From Alphaproteobacteria bacterium (GTDB lineage: Bacteria > Pseudomonadota > Alphaproteobacteria > MPNO01 > UBA830), in assembly GCA_965243135.1 (NCBI GenBank), contig OZ251539.1:1696001-1760000 (forward strand): a stretch of 64,000 bases of DNA. Reading direction: 5' to 3'. Below are positions 1 to 10,616 of the stretch, in pieces (within the stretch, counting starts at the first letter, position 1; every line of letters begins with the position of its first letter). The notes beneath the pieces are model-generated. The model did not search any database, had not been told where the DNA came from, and saw nothing but the letters and a program-made list of their open reading frames with translations. The position numbers and the translations under genes were made by a program.

Positions 1-369
1 CGCGGTCAACCGTTCGTCCAGTTCGCGCAACCGCTTTATGGACGCCGTGATCGTCTTCCAGTTGGTCAGCATGCCGCCGAGCCAGCGATGGTTGACGTAG
101 TATTGACCGCAGCGCTTCGCGGCGTCGGCAACGAGTTCGCTCGCCTGGCGCTTGGTGCCGACGAACAGAACGCGGCCGCCTTGGGCGGTCACCTCGCGAA
201 CCGTGCCCAGCGCGGCATGCAGCAGAGGCACCGTCTGCCGCAGGTCGATGATGTGGATCCCGTTGCGTACCCCGAAAATGTAGGACTCCATCTTGGGGTT
301 CCAGCGGCGAGTCTGATGTCCGAAGTGAACGCCGGCTTCCAGCAGCTGACGCATCGTGAATTCAGGCAT
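1..369 (-). CDS. rpsB: 30S ribosomal protein S2 (5' part, runs off window)
   Basis: Manual translation from ATG at 369: [27 protein letters not shown]...IHIIDL...[10 protein letters not shown], the S2 signature; RBS GGAGAAGGA upstream. Confidence 0.97.
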   Translation of the reverse strand, partial: MPEFTMRQLLEAGVHFGHQTRRWNPKMESYIFGVRNGIHIIDLRQTVPLLHAALGTVREVTAQGGRVLFVGTKRQASELVADAAKRCGQYYVNHRWLGGMLTNWKTITASIKRLRELDERLTA

Positions 370-371
370 GT

Positions 372-500
372 TTCCTTCTCCGGTTAGCCTCCGCGGGAAA
401 GGCCGGGAACGAAGGCGGGCAGCCTTTCCGCTTCCGGCACCGGATCGAGTTAACGGCCGCAAAAACGACCGACCCCGCGACCCCGCGTGCAGATTGACGG
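372..500 (-). promoter_or_regulatory. rpsB 5' leader (putative S2 autoregulatory RNA structure)
   Basis: Minus strand CACGCGGGG...CCCGCGGAGGCTAACCGGAG can pair and resembles the leader seen before alphaproteobacterial rpsB. Confidence 0.5.
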
Positions 501-542
501 GAGACTACATAGCGTCGGACGTTCCGCTTCGCAAGCGAAACG

Positions 543-3500
543 TCAGCCTTCCAGAACCTGCGCGACGCCGGGGACGTCTCCGACGGCCCTCCTGAAGTCG
601 CCCGTCAGGGCGATGCGGCGAGGAAGGCTCAGCTCCACCTGCTGCCGGTCTCCGATATCCAGGATCAGGGCGACTTCGCCCGCGCCGTTTTCCCCCGCGT
701 CCACGACCCGCTTGATGCCGTCGATGGCGACAGGATCCGCGACGACGATCTTGATCCCGCTCGCGGCGTTCGCGAGCGCGGCCTCCAACGGTTCGATGGC
801 GGACGCCGAAAGCCGGGCGCCGTCGCCGTCGGAACGGACATCGAGTTCGATGAGCAGTCGCTTGCCCGGTTCGAGCAACTCGCGGCACTGGGCGAGAAGC
901 TCGGAGAAAACCACCACTTCGTAGGTGCCCGAAGCGGCGTCCGAAAGCTGGAGGAAGGCGAAGCGGTTGCCCTTCGCCGTCGTCCGATCCTGCCTGGCGA
1001 TGACGACGCCGGCCGCCTTCGGCGACATGCCGGCCATGTCCGAACGGATTTCGTTCGCCGGAACGACCCCCATGCGCCTCAGCAGTTGGGCGTCCGCGTC
1101 GAGCGGATGCGCCGAAAGATAGGATCCGACAGCGTCGAACTCATGATTGAGCCGTTCCATCGAGGGCCAGTCGACGACCTCGGGAAGGCGCAGCCGGGCG
1201 TCGCCGCCGGCTTCCAGCCCGCCGAAAAGATTCGTCTGGCCGCTGGTTCGCTCCTCGGCGGCGCTATTCGCGAGTTGCATCACGCTGTCCGTGCCCTCGA
1301 ACAGCCGCCTGCGGTTCGCGTCAAGGCTGTCGAACGCTCCGGCGCGCGCGAGGTTCTCGAACTGCCGCTTGTTCGCGCCGGACGCGCCGACCCGAGTGGC
1401 GAAATCCTCCATGCTCTTGAATTCTCCGTTCGCGCCGCGTTCGGCGACGATGTCGTCCATGGCCTGCCGCCCGACGTTCTTGATGGCGGCGAGCGCGTAC
1501 CGGATGGCAGGTTTTTCACCGCCGGTCCTTTCCACGGCGAATCTGGCGCGCGACCGGTTTATGTCGGGCGGCAGAAGGGCGATGCCGACCCGATCCAACT
1601 CCAGGCGAAAAACGTTCAGCTTGTCGGTGTTGCCCAGATCGAAGGTCATGGAGGCGGCGAAGAATTCGACGGGATAGTTCGCCTTGAGGTAGGCTGTCTG
1701 GTGCGCGATCAGCGCGTAGGCGGCGGCATGGGACTTGTTGAATCCGTAGCCGGCGAACTTGTCGACCTGTTCGAAGATTCGCGCCGCCTGCCCCCTGTCC
1801 GCTCCGCGTTTCGCGGCGCCTTCGATGAAGGTCTCGCGCTGCGCGTCCATCTCCGCCTTGATTTTTTTGCCCATGGCGCGGCGCAGCAGGTCGGCCCTGC
1901 CCAGCGAATAGCCGGACAGAACCTGGGCGATCTTCATCACCTGTTCCTGATAGATCATGACCCCGAAGGTCTCTTCGAGGATGGGCTTCAGGTCCGGATG
2001 AAGATAGTCCGGCTCCTCCAGGCCGTGCTTGCAGGCGATGTACCGCGGGATGTTGTCCATCGGTCCGGGCCGATAGAGCGAAACCAGCGCTACGATGTCG
2101 TCGAACGAATCGGGCCGGAGCTGGCGCAGCACGTCGCGCATGCCCGCGCTTTCCAACTGGAAGACGCCGACCGTGTCGCCGCGACCGAGCATCTCGTAGG
2201 TTTTCTCGTCGTCCAGCGGCAGCCTCAAAAGATCGGCGTCGGGCATGCCGATCAGCTCGCACGCCTGCTTCAGCACCGTAAGCGTCTTCAGTCCCAGAAA
2301 GTCGAACTTCACCAGGCCCGCGGCTTCCGCGTACTTCATGGAAAACTGGGTCACGGGCATGTCGGATCGGGGGTCGCGGTACAGCGGAACCAGCTGCCTC
2401 AGGGGGCGGTCGCCGATGATGAGGCCGGCGGCATGGGTCGAGGCGTGCCGATACAGGCCTTCGAGCTTGAGGGAGATGTCGACAAGCTGCGCGACGGTTT
2501 CGTCGTCCCTGCGCATCTGCTGGAGTTCCGGCTCGCCGTCGATCGCCTCCTGAAGCGTCGGCGGATGCGCGGGGTTGTACGGCACGAGCTTCGAAATCTT
2601 GTCGACCTGGCCGTAGGGCATGCCGAGCACCCGCCCGACGTCGCGCAGCACGGCGCGAGCCTGGAGCTTTCCGAAGGTAATGATCTGCGCGACGAGTTCC
2701 TGCCCGTATTTTTCCTGCACGTAGCCGATCACCTCGTCCCTGCGGTCCTGGCAGAAATCGATGTCGAAGTCTGGCATCGACACGCGCTCGGGGTTGAGAA
2801 AGCGTTCGAAAAGCAGACCGAAGCGGAGAGGATCGAGGTCGGTGATGGTGAGCGCCCAGGCGACGACCGAGCCGGCTCCCGAACCGCGCCCCGGGCCCAC
2901 GGGTATTCCCTGCCCCTTCGCCCACTGGATAAAATCCGCGACGATCAGGAAATATCCCGAGAACCCCATTTCGACGATGACGCCGAGTTCGAACTCGATC
3001 CGTTCGCGGTACGGTCGGGCCGCAGCCTCGCGCGCGTCCGGGTCCATGCCGGACGCGAACACTTCGGCCTCCAGCCGCTCCTCCAGCCCTGACCGCGCGG
3101 AATCCCGCAGCTCTTCGGCCTCGTCCTTTTCTCCCCGGAACGGAGGCAGGATGGGATGGCGTTCCGGCGGCGCGTAGGCGCAGCGGCGGGCGATGATCAC
3201 GGTATTGTCGACGGCTTCCGGGAGGTCGCGGAACAGCTCGCGCATTTCCGCCGCCGAACGGAAGCAATGATTCTCGGTGAGGCGGCGGCGATTTTCTTCC
3301 GCCAGCAGGACGCCCTCGGAGATGCACAGCAGCGCGTCGTGAGCTTCGTGCATGTCGGGGCCGGAAAAATAGCAATCGTTGGTCGCCGCGAGCGGCAGGT
3401 CAAGATCGTAGGCGAGCCGCAGCAACTGGGGTTCGATTCGCTTCTCCAGCTCGAGTCCGTGGCGTTGCAGCTCGACATAGAAGCGGCCGGGAAACATTTC

Positions 3501-3971
3501 CGAAAGGCGGCGGCACAGGGACTCCGCCGCCGGTCCCTGCCCTTCCGCGAGGAGACGGCCAAGCGGCCCGTCCGGTCCGCCCGACAGGCAGAGCAGCCCG
3601 TCCGAGCGCTCCGCGAGTTTCTCCAGAGTCGTGCGGGTTTCTCCGTCGGCGGCGAAATAGGCGTCCGACGAGATCTCGAGCAAGTTGCGGTAGCCCGTTT
3701 CGTTCTGAACGAGCAGCACCAGCCGGTCGCGAGGCAGTTGAGCGCCGTCTTCGTCCGGGGCGACGTCCATCTGGCATCCGATGATGGGCTGGATCCCGGC
3801 TGCGGCCGCGGCCATGGCGAATTCCATGGCGGCGAAGAGATTGTTGGTGTCGGTCACGGCGACGGCCGGCATGCCGTGCTTGCCGCACAGCGCAGCCAGG
3901 TCGCCCAGCTTGATGGCACCCTCCGACAGGGAGTAGGAGGAATGCACCCTGAGATGTATGAAATCGGCCAT
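543..3971 (-). CDS. dnaE: DNA polymerase III alpha subunit
   Basis: PHP domain HLRVHSSYS, GPGRGSGAGS, MPDFDIDF, FNKSHAAAY, C-terminal OB fold. Confidence 0.98.
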   Translation of the reverse strand: MADFIHLRVHSSYSLSEGAIKLGDLAALCGKHGMPAVAVTDTNNLFAAMEFAMAAAAAGIQPIIGCQMDVAPDEDGAQLPRDRLVLLVQNETGYRNLLEISSDAYFAADGETRTTLEKLAERSDGLLCLSGGPDGPLGRLLAEGQGPAAESLCRRLSEMFPGRFYVELQRHGLELEKRIEPQLLRLAYDLDLPLAATNDCYFSGPDMHEAHDALLCISEGVLLAEENRRRLTENHCFRSAAEMRELFRDLPEAVDNTVIIARRCAYAPPERHPILPPFRGEKDEAEELRDSARSGLEERLEAEVFASGMDPDAREAAARPYRERIEFELGVIVEMGFSGYFLIVADFIQWAKGQGIPVGPGRGSGAGSVVAWALTITDLDPLRFGLLFERFLNPERVSMPDFDIDFCQDRRDEVIGYVQEKYGQELVAQIITFGKLQARAVLRDVGRVLGMPYGQVDKISKLVPYNPAHPPTLQEAIDGEPELQQMRRDDETVAQLVDISLKLEGLYRHASTHAAGLIIGDRPLRQLVPLYRDPRSDMPVTQFSMKYAEAAGLVKFDFLGLKTLTVLKQACELIGMPDADLLRLPLDDEKTYEMLGRGDTVGVFQLESAGMRDVLRQLRPDSFDDIVALVSLYRPGPMDNIPRYIACKHGLEEPDYLHPDLKPILEETFGVMIYQEQVMKIAQVLSGYSLGRADLLRRAMGKKIKAEMDAQRETFIEGAAKRGADRGQAARIFEQVDKFAGYGFNKSHAAAYALIAHQTAYLKANYPVEFFAASMTFDLGNTDKLNVFRLELDRVGIALLPPDINRSRARFAVERTGGEKPAIRYALAAIKNVGRQAMDDIVAERGANGEFKSMEDFATRVGASGANKRQFENLARAGAFDSLDANRRRLFEGTDSVMQLANSAAEERTSGQTNLFGGLEAGGDARLRLPEVVDWPSMERLNHEFDAVGSYLSAHPLDADAQLLRRMGVVPANEIRSDMAGMSPKAAGVVIARQDRTTAKGNRFAFLQLSDAASGTYEVVVFSELLAQCRELLEPGKRLLIELDVRSDGDGARLSASAIEPLEAALANAASGIKIVVADPVAIDGIKRVVDAGENGAGEVALILDIGDRQQVELSLPRRIALTGDFRRAVGDVPGVAQVLEG

Positions 3972-4440
3972 GCCGGCAGTGTAGAACGAATCGGTCGCGG
4001 AAACCCGGCCTGCGAGCGCGCGGTTCGGCTTTCCTGGAAAATTCTATTGACGCGGGGCCCGCATCCGCTCGTTCGCGCCGCGTCGGTCAGGTGCCGCATC
4101 GCAAGACGTCCGCGTCGCGCCGTTTTTCGCCGTCGACGCCCGCCTGCGGTTCGCTCTGCCGTCAGGGCCGGTCCACCCGCTCGTTCGCCTCAGGCCGGCA
4201 GCGCGTCTCCGTGCCGTCCGCGCGGAGCGGCGGCCGCCCGTCCGGCGCGGCGACCGGTTTCGACCGCCGGCGTAATCGCATCGGCTTTGCGCGTCCTTGA
4301 AAACGAGCGTTCGCCGCGTATTGTCAACGATCGAGCGCTCCGGCAGGTTCCGGCGGCATCGCGACCGGTTCGCGGACTTAGCCGGCCTTTTGGGCGGGCG
4401 GATCCGTCTCCTGTCGAACCATTGTCACAGGAGAACGGGG

Positions 4441-5055
4441 ATGAATGGAGCAGGAAGAAGCAGGGTCGATCTGGAGGGGCTGGACGCTCCCGAGACGAAA
4501 GCGTTGAAGAATATCCAGCCTCCCGGCGACGTTCCGTTCAGGGTCGGCAAGATCGGTCACGCCGTGTTGATGGTCCAGGACATCGAAGCCTCCGTCCGGT
4601 TCTACACGCAGGTGCTCGGGTTCAAGGTTTCCGACGCTTACCCGGACAGCATGACCGGGGGCCGAATGGCTTTCTTGCGGTTCAACGACGATCATCACGG
4701 AGTGGGTCTGATCGGCCGGGGAAAAGAGGCTTCCCGGCATCGGGAACTTGACCATATGGCGTTCGAGGTTTCGACGATCGACGAGGTGTTCCGAGCGCGA
4801 GACCATCTCGAAAGGCACGGCGTACAGGTGGATTTTCAGGGGCGGCGGCGGGCGGGCTGCCAGGTCGCCGTCGAGTTTCGGGATCCCGACGGGCATAGCC
4901 TCGAAATCTTCTGGGGGCTCGATCAAGTGGCATGGGAAGGAGATGCGCGCCCGCCCGAAGAATGGTCCCCTCAGCCTTCGCTGGAACAAGCGGTCGATCA
5001 CGCTCCGCCGGGTCAGGACACGACTCTTGGCGATCAAACCCTGCGCAGAACGTAG
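4441..5055 (+). CDS. VOC/glyoxalase-family protein (extradiol dioxygenase-like)
   Basis: GHAVL..FYTQVLGF, DHHGVGL, DHMAFEV, FRDPDGHSLE motifs; start at 4441 chosen for the upstream AGGAG...GGGG; exact start uncertain. Confidence 0.8.
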   Translation: MNGAGRSRVDLEGLDAPETKALKNIQPPGDVPFRVGKIGHAVLMVQDIEASVRFYTQVLGFKVSDAYPDSMTGGRMAFLRFNDDHHGVGLIGRGKEASRHRELDHMAFEVSTIDEVFRARDHLERHGVQVDFQGRRRAGCQVAVEFRDPDGHSLEIFWGLDQVAWEGDARPPEEWSPQPSLEQAVDHAPPGQDTTLGDQTLRRT

Positions 5056-5078
5056 CTTGGCGGCCCGTTTTCGCGCAT

Positions 5079-5774
5079 TCAGCGAAGCAATATCTCCGTC
5101 AGTTCGTCCGGCATTTCGATCATCGCGTCGTGCAGACACGGCAACGCGAACGAGCGCCATCCGGGATGGTCGGCGTAGAGTTCGTGAAATTGCCGGAACG
5201 GCGAGGGTTCGTGCCTTTCGCAGAGAATGTAGTCCCTTCGGGCGACTTCGGCCTCCCTGCCCGATAGGGTTACGCCGTTCCCGAAACACGTCGCCGGATG
5301 CGGCGTGCAGCGGGACTTGAGCCATTCGATCCTTTCCGGATCGGATGTCCAACGATGAAATCCGGTCGGGTCGACGTGGCCGTCCGGTCGCCGGGCGGCC
5401 GCCACTTCCGCCGCGCGCGCCGGGGTCGACAGCGCGTTCGCCGGCGCGCCGCTGACGACCGGCACGAAAGCGTCGAGGTAAACGAGGCGGCCGATTCGTT
5501 CCGGGACGGCGGAGGCGACGCCCGTGATCACCATGCCGCCGTAGGAGTGTCCGACCAGAACGACGTCGTTCAGATTGCGCCAGCGGATCAGGTTTTCCAC
5601 GTCCTTGACGTGGGTGTCGGGTCCCGTCACGCAATCGATCAAGTGACTCCTCTCCCCCAGTCCGGTCAAGGTCGGCGCGAACGTCGCGCGGCCGCGGTTT
5701 CGGAGGCGGTCCGCCACTTCGTCCCAACACCAGCCGCCGTGCCATCCGCCGTGAACCAGGACGAACGCCGCCAT
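5079..5774 (-). CDS. alpha/beta hydrolase (esterase, SABP2/AB_hydrolase_6-like)
   Basis: MAAFVLVHGGWHGGWCW, GHSYGG nucleophile elbow, C-terminal HDAM; start overlaps the stop of the TRAP permease. Confidence 0.9.
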   Translation of the reverse strand: MAAFVLVHGGWHGGWCWDEVADRLRNRGRATFAPTLTGLGERSHLIDCVTGPDTHVKDVENLIRWRNLNDVVLVGHSYGGMVITGVASAVPERIGRLVYLDAFVPVVSGAPANALSTPARAAEVAAARRPDGHVDPTGFHRWTSDPERIEWLKSRCTPHPATCFGNGVTLSGREAEVARRDYILCERHEPSPFRQFHELYADHPGWRSFALPCLHDAMIEMPDELTEILLR

Positions 5775-8095
5775 CAGGCCCTTCCCTTTCGCGCCCAATG
5801 CCATGCCAGGAACGCCGCGGCCGCGGCGATCGCGGGAACGTGCGCCATGCCGTCCCCGGCGATCACGAGGGCCGCCAGGACCAGTCTGACGGCGCATTCC
5901 CAAGCGGCGAGCCGATGCCGGTCGAAACGGGCGAGCGCGCTCGCCATGAGGTAGAGCGCGAGGACGAGGCGGGCGCCCAGAAAACCCAATCCGCCGAAGT
6001 CGATTTTCCCCGTGTAGCCTTCGAGGTAACCGCCGGCGCCGTCGGCGGGATCCAGCACCGCCGCGTCGATCAGGAGTAGTTCCGGATAGAAGGCGAAGAC
6101 GAACGGAATCACGAACATCACGATCCCCGATCGCACCGCGGAAAATCCGGTGGCCATCGGGTCGGCCTTGGTTATCGAAGCGGCGGCGAAGGCCGCGATC
6201 GCGACAGGCGGCGTTATGGCCGACGCCACGGCGAAGTAGAAGATGAACATGTGGGCGGTGAAGCTTGCGATTCCCAGCCCGACGAGCATCGGACCCATCA
6301 GGAGCGCGACGTTTATGTAAGCCGGGACGGTCGGCATTCCCATTCCCAGCAGAACCGCCATCGCCATCGTGACGAGCAGCGCGGAAAAGAGAAAAACGCT
6401 CGTGCTTCCGGCCTCCAGCTGGAAGCCTCGAAGCCAGATCAACAGGTCGCGCGCGATGAAGTCCGAGAGGCCGGTGAAGTTCAGGCAGAAGTCGATGACG
6501 GAAACCGCGAGAAACATCAGGTAAAGGGTCGAAACGAGAATCCCCGCGTCTCCCAAGGCTCTGGCGAGCTTTATCGGCGCCGCCCGGACTTCGCGGTCGA
6601 GAAACAGCAAGCCCATCAGGAAAAACATGGCCCACCAGCCCGCCGAACCGGCGTCGCCGGCCGAATTCTGCAGCAGCTGAAACGCCCACGGCATGTCTTG
6701 CACCCGGCAAACGCCGTCGATCCGGACTCCGTCCAACCCGAACAGCCAACCGAGCGCGCCGCAGCCGATCGCCTCCTTGGGGGTCAGCAGCAGAAGCAGA
6801 ATCAGCAATATGGGTCCGAAGATCATCAGCAGGTGCAATCTGTCGTCCCGCGTCAGCCGCATGTCGTCGGTCGCCTCGCCGACCGCTTCGATGCCCTGGC
6901 TGCGCGCCTGGAACGCCGCCGTCAGGAACAGGCACCCGAAATAAGCGATCGCCGGTATGGACGCGGCGATGATCACTTCGCGATACGGGACGAGAGTGAG
7001 CGCGGACAGCACGAAAGCCGCGACCCCCATCACGGGCGGCATGACCTGCCCGCCGGACGAGGCCGCCGCCTCGACGCCGCCCGCGAAAGTCCTGTTGAAA
7101 CCGCGCCGGATCATCATTGGAATCGTCAGCACGCCGGTGGACATCACGTTCACGATGGGACCGCCGGAGATCGTTCCGAACATGGCGGAAGACACGATCG
7201 CGGCGTGGGCCGGTCCGCCCCGCATGCGCCGCGTCCACAGGAACGCGATCTTGATGAGCGCCTGCCCGCCCGCGGAAATTCCGAACAGGCTGCCCAGTAC
7301 GATATAGGGGAAGACCGTGTTCATGAGGATGTCCATGAACCGGCCGAGAAGGCCCTGGCCATTGCTGACGAGGATGTCGTGAACTTTGGGCCTGCCGTCG
7401 ATCAGCTGGCGGGGTTCGCCGCCCAGCTTGGTCATCAGGTACTTGTTGATGTCGTCGGCGCCGTAGACGTACCAGACCAGCACGGTGAGCATCGTGTAGG
7501 CGGCGATGGCGATGGCCACCCCGACGAGCGGAAGCCCCCAGACCTTGACGTTGTACGCCAGGAAAACCGTGATCGCGACGCCCACGACCGCGAACAACCA
7601 TACTCCGAGCGTGTTCACGCACTGGGGATCTTCCACGCTGTTCGGAACGGGCAGTCCGAAGGATCTCGCGAATTCCTGTTCTTCCTTGAGAGACCTTGCG
7701 ATCAATTCCGCTCTCTCTCCCGTCAGCTGATCGACCAGGCAGACCGCTTCGATTTCCACGAGGTAAGTCATGCCGATCGCCAGCGCCATCGCGACGAGAG
7801 CGACGTCCATCGCCATGCTCGCGGCCTGGGTCGCGGCCGACCGGTTCCGGAACGACCGGAAAAAAGAGTGCTTGAGGGCCACGACCGTCATCATGATCAC
7901 GAACGCGGCCGGATGCAGATACTCGTACGAGAACTTCCGGATGGCGAACGTCGGATCGCCCGCCGCGTCGCGAACCCAATTGTCGAGACCCGGGAGAGCC
8001 GGGACGTTGTTCACGATCCCTATCGCCACGAGAAACAGCCCGAGCGCCAGGGCAGCGACTTCGCCGGTCGCCAGCTTCGGGTTCGGTAGCGACAT
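5774..8095 (-). CDS. TAXI-TRAP transporter fused 4TM/12TM permease
   Basis: GGPAHAAIVSS, EAAASSGGQVMPPVMG, GMGMPTVPAY, SAITPPVA motifs; many TM helices. Confidence 0.93.
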   Translation of the reverse strand: MSLPNPKLATGEVAALALGLFLVAIGIVNNVPALPGLDNWVRDAAGDPTFAIRKFSYEYLHPAAFVIMMTVVALKHSFFRSFRNRSAATQAASMAMDVALVAMALAIGMTYLVEIEAVCLVDQLTGERAELIARSLKEEQEFARSFGLPVPNSVEDPQCVNTLGVWLFAVVGVAITVFLAYNVKVWGLPLVGVAIAIAAYTMLTVLVWYVYGADDINKYLMTKLGGEPRQLIDGRPKVHDILVSNGQGLLGRFMDILMNTVFPYIVLGSLFGISAGGQALIKIAFLWTRRMRGGPAHAAIVSSAMFGTISGGPIVNVMSTGVLTIPMMIRRGFNRTFAGGVEAAASSGGQVMPPVMGVAAFVLSALTLVPYREVIIAASIPAIAYFGCLFLTAAFQARSQGIEAVGEATDDMRLTRDDRLHLLMIFGPILLILLLLLTPKEAIGCGALGWLFGLDGVRIDGVCRVQDMPWAFQLLQNSAGDAGSAGWWAMFFLMGLLFLDREVRAAPIKLARALGDAGILVSTLYLMFLAVSVIDFCLNFTGLSDFIARDLLIWLRGFQLEAGSTSVFLFSALLVTMAMAVLLGMGMPTVPAYINVALLMGPMLVGLGIASFTAHMFIFYFAVASAITPPVAIAAFAAASITKADPMATGFSAVRSGIVMFVIPFVFAFYPELLLIDAAVLDPADGAGGYLEGYTGKIDFGGLGFLGARLVLALYLMASALARFDRHRLAAWECAVRLVLAALVIAGDGMAHVPAIAAAAAFLAWHWARKGRA

Positions 8096-8105
8096 CTATC
8101 GCATG

Positions 8106-8141
8106 GAAAAAGAGCGCCCGGGGGATGAATCCCCCGGGCTC
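8106..8141 (-). terminator. Hairpin plus U-tract between the TAXI receptor and permease genes
   Basis: Minus strand GCCCGGGGGA-TTCA-TCCCCCGGGC followed by GCTCTTTTT. Confidence 0.65.
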
Positions 8142-8145
8142 GGCA

Positions 8146-9192
8146 TCATGGTTTGGCGCAATCGGGGATCTTGGAGCCGGCTTCCTCCCATGCCGCGATG
8201 GCGCCGGGATGGTATTTGAGCGGCATTGCGCCGCAGAATCCCGACTTGACCGCGTCCAACACGCCGAGATTGACGTTGACCATGAACGGCGCCTTGGCCT
8301 TCAGCCGATCCAACGACGCGATGTAGGTCGCGGTCAACGCCTTGGCCAGATCGAAGTCCATGTTCTTGTTGACGATTTCCGCCCCAGTGATGTTCACGCC
8401 GCGAAAGACCCCGTCCTCGGAGTATAGCCGGACGTCGTCGCCGTACCCCATCTTGCTCCCCGCCAACGTGACGGGCGCATTCCCGGGGGCTTTGGCCCAC
8501 TTCTGAAAGGGCGCGCTTTCGAAGGCCGCCTTCGGCACCGAGATCACGTTGACCTTGCCCGCGGAAAGCGCGGCGACGATTCGGTCCGACGGAAACGTGG
8601 CGGGCAACAGGTTCATGTCGCCGGTGCCGTCCATGATGGTCTTGTTGGCCTGAGGCCAGTTGACCTGGATGCCCTTGTAGCCTTCGCCTTCCTTCAGACC
8701 GGTGACGAGTTGCAGCATCTGGCGAGCGCCCACCAGCGCGCCTCCGCGGGGCGGGCCGTTGTAGATCGTCTTTCCCTTGAGTTGGTCCCAAGAGGTGATG
8801 TCCCGGGTCTGAAATCCGAAAAGCGTGTAGGAGCCGAAATTGTAGGGATAAAGCGCCCGAAGGTTTTCGACCATTTCGGCGCCGGCCTTGCCCTGCTTGG
8901 CGTACGGACCCCGGCCCACTTTCAGGAGGAACGGCAGAACGAGCGGAGCGACGCCGACGTCGGTCTTGCCTTGAGCCACGTTCATGACCGTGTTCGTAAG
9001 CGTCTGGCCCGCCTGGACCTGGAGATTGGCGACGCCGGCCTCGCCGGCCACTTCCGCCAGATGCGTCACGGAAAGGTGCGGCGCGCCTCCGGGAGAAGCC
9101 GTTTCGGCGGAAAGGTTTATTTGGGCCGAGGCTTGGGTCGCCAAAACGGCCGCAGCCAGCAGCGCAGCGCCTGTCGCTGGAATCGTTCGCAT
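8146..9192 (-). CDS. TAXI-family TRAP solute-binding protein
   Basis: Signal peptide MRTIPATGAALLAAAVLATQASA, NLRALYPY, C-terminal YHPGA typical of TAXI receptors; directly upstream of the permease. Confidence 0.88.
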   Translation of the reverse strand: MRTIPATGAALLAAAVLATQASAQINLSAETASPGGAPHLSVTHLAEVAGEAGVANLQVQAGQTLTNTVMNVAQGKTDVGVAPLVLPFLLKVGRGPYAKQGKAGAEMVENLRALYPYNFGSYTLFGFQTRDITSWDQLKGKTIYNGPPRGGALVGARQMLQLVTGLKEGEGYKGIQVNWPQANKTIMDGTGDMNLLPATFPSDRIVAALSAGKVNVISVPKAAFESAPFQKWAKAPGNAPVTLAGSKMGYGDDVRLYSEDGVFRGVNITGAEIVNKNMDFDLAKALTATYIASLDRLKAKAPFMVNVNLGVLDAVKSGFCGAMPLKYHPGAIAAWEEAGSKIPDCAKP

Positions 9193-9589
9193 GCTCGTTC
9201 CTTTCTGTTGTCCGGGACCGGTGGACTCGGGAAGCCCTGCGTTTCGCCGCGACCGGTCGCGTGCCGTCATAACTGCCTGTTCGAGCGGGTTTCGTCGAGT
9301 CATATTTTCGGATCGCTTCGTGACGCGCGCGGCGCCGTTGCCGGCATTGCGTCGCAGGATGGCGGGCACCTCCAGACCGGGCATGGATAAAATCTATTAT
9401 TTCAAATGGTTATTTCGTGCAGCGAAACCGATTCGCGAGCGTTTTCCGAATCGCAAAATCCGCCGCCTTCGCGGCGGAGGCCGGCGACCGTCCGCGCTCC
9501 GGAGGGGCCGCGAAGATCCGCGGCCGGACAGCTGCCGTTCGGCTCGCGCCCTTCGGCAGGACCCTGCCGGCAAAGCCGACCGACCGCGG

Positions 9590-10495
9590 CTATGCGTTGG
9601 CTCCCATCGGTTCGTCGCGACCGACGACCCGGGTCGCCGGACCTGCGATCAGCGGGTCCGGACCGCATACCAGCTCGGTATTCTTGTCGGGATAAGGAAG
9701 CCTCGACAGGAAATGCTGCATGCAGGCGATACGAGCGCGTTTCTTGTCGTCGGACTTGATGACCGTCCATGGCGCGTCGGCGGTGTCGGTATAGAAGAAC
9801 ATCGCTTCTTTCGCTTGCGTGTACCCGTCCCACTTGTCGAGCGAAGCGAGGTCGATCGGCGAAATCTTCCACTGCTTCAGGGGGTCGGTCTTGCGCCGGT
9901 CGAAACGCCGCGCTTGTTCGTCCTGCGAGACCGAAAACCAGAATTTGAAGAGAAGGATGCCGCTGTTGACCAACATCCGCTCCAATTCGGGACATTGGCG
10001 CATGAACTCAAGGTATTCGGCCCCAGTGCAAAATCCCATGACCCGCTCCACGCCGGCGCGGTTGTACCACGAACGGTCGAAAAGGATTATTTCTCCGGCG
10101 GTCGGAAGGTGCGCGATATAGCGTTGGAAATACCAACAACCGCGCTCCTGTTCGGTCGGCTTCTCGAGCGCGACGACCTTCGCGCCGCGCGGATTGAGAT
10201 GCTCCATGAACCGCTTGATCGTTCCGCCCTTGCCTGCCGCATCGCGCCCTTCGAACAGAATGACGACCCTTGCGCCGGATTCCCTGACCCAGCGTTGCGC
10301 CTTCAGCAGTTCCACCTGAAGCTCGGCCTTGCGCTTCTCGTAAGCGGAGCGCGGCATCTTGTCCTGGTAGGGATAGACGCCTTCCTTGAAGACGCGTTCC
10401 AGGGCTTCCGGATCGTCGGCGCGCGCCGCGAAGGCTTCGCCCCCGGCTGAAACGCTCTCGTCGACGCCGTTCCGCGGGTTCGCCTCGTCGGTCAT
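9590..10495 (-). CDS. ppk2: Polyphosphate kinase 2
   Basis: FEGRDAAGKGG, FDRSWYNRAGVERVMGF, DPLKQWK, SDDKKRAR. Confidence 0.96.
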   Translation of the reverse strand: MTDEANPRNGVDESVSAGGEAFAARADDPEALERVFKEGVYPYQDKMPRSAYEKRKAELQVELLKAQRWVRESGARVVILFEGRDAAGKGGTIKRFMEHLNPRGAKVVALEKPTEQERGCWYFQRYIAHLPTAGEIILFDRSWYNRAGVERVMGFCTGAEYLEFMRQCPELERMLVNSGILLFKFWFSVSQDEQARRFDRRKTDPLKQWKISPIDLASLDKWDGYTQAKEAMFFYTDTADAPWTVIKSDDKKRARIACMQHFLSRLPYPDKNTELVCGPDPLIAGPATRVVGRDEPMGANA

Positions 10496-10576
10496 GGAGT
10501 GTCTCCTTCGATGGGCCGGAAGCGGGTTGCACGTTTCATGCCGCGCCGGCCCCGCGAACGGCGGCGCGGCGGAGAC

Positions 10577-10615
10577 GAGCGGCCGGCCCGGTGACGCCCC
10601 GGGCCGGCCGGCGCG
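10577..10615 (-). terminator. GC-rich hairpin downstream of dctP
   Basis: CGGCCGGCCCGG...CCGGGCCGGCCG inverted repeat just after the stop codon; no clear U-tract. Confidence 0.45.
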
Positions 10616-10616
10616 T

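Noticed and set aside
5079-7979. Apparent long or fused ORFs ending in the hydrolase, fabH, glyA, sulfatase, hemB or gamma-CA
   Set aside because: The N-terminal extensions are low-complexity Arg/Gly/Pro frames overlapping upstream genes; the true starts are internal.
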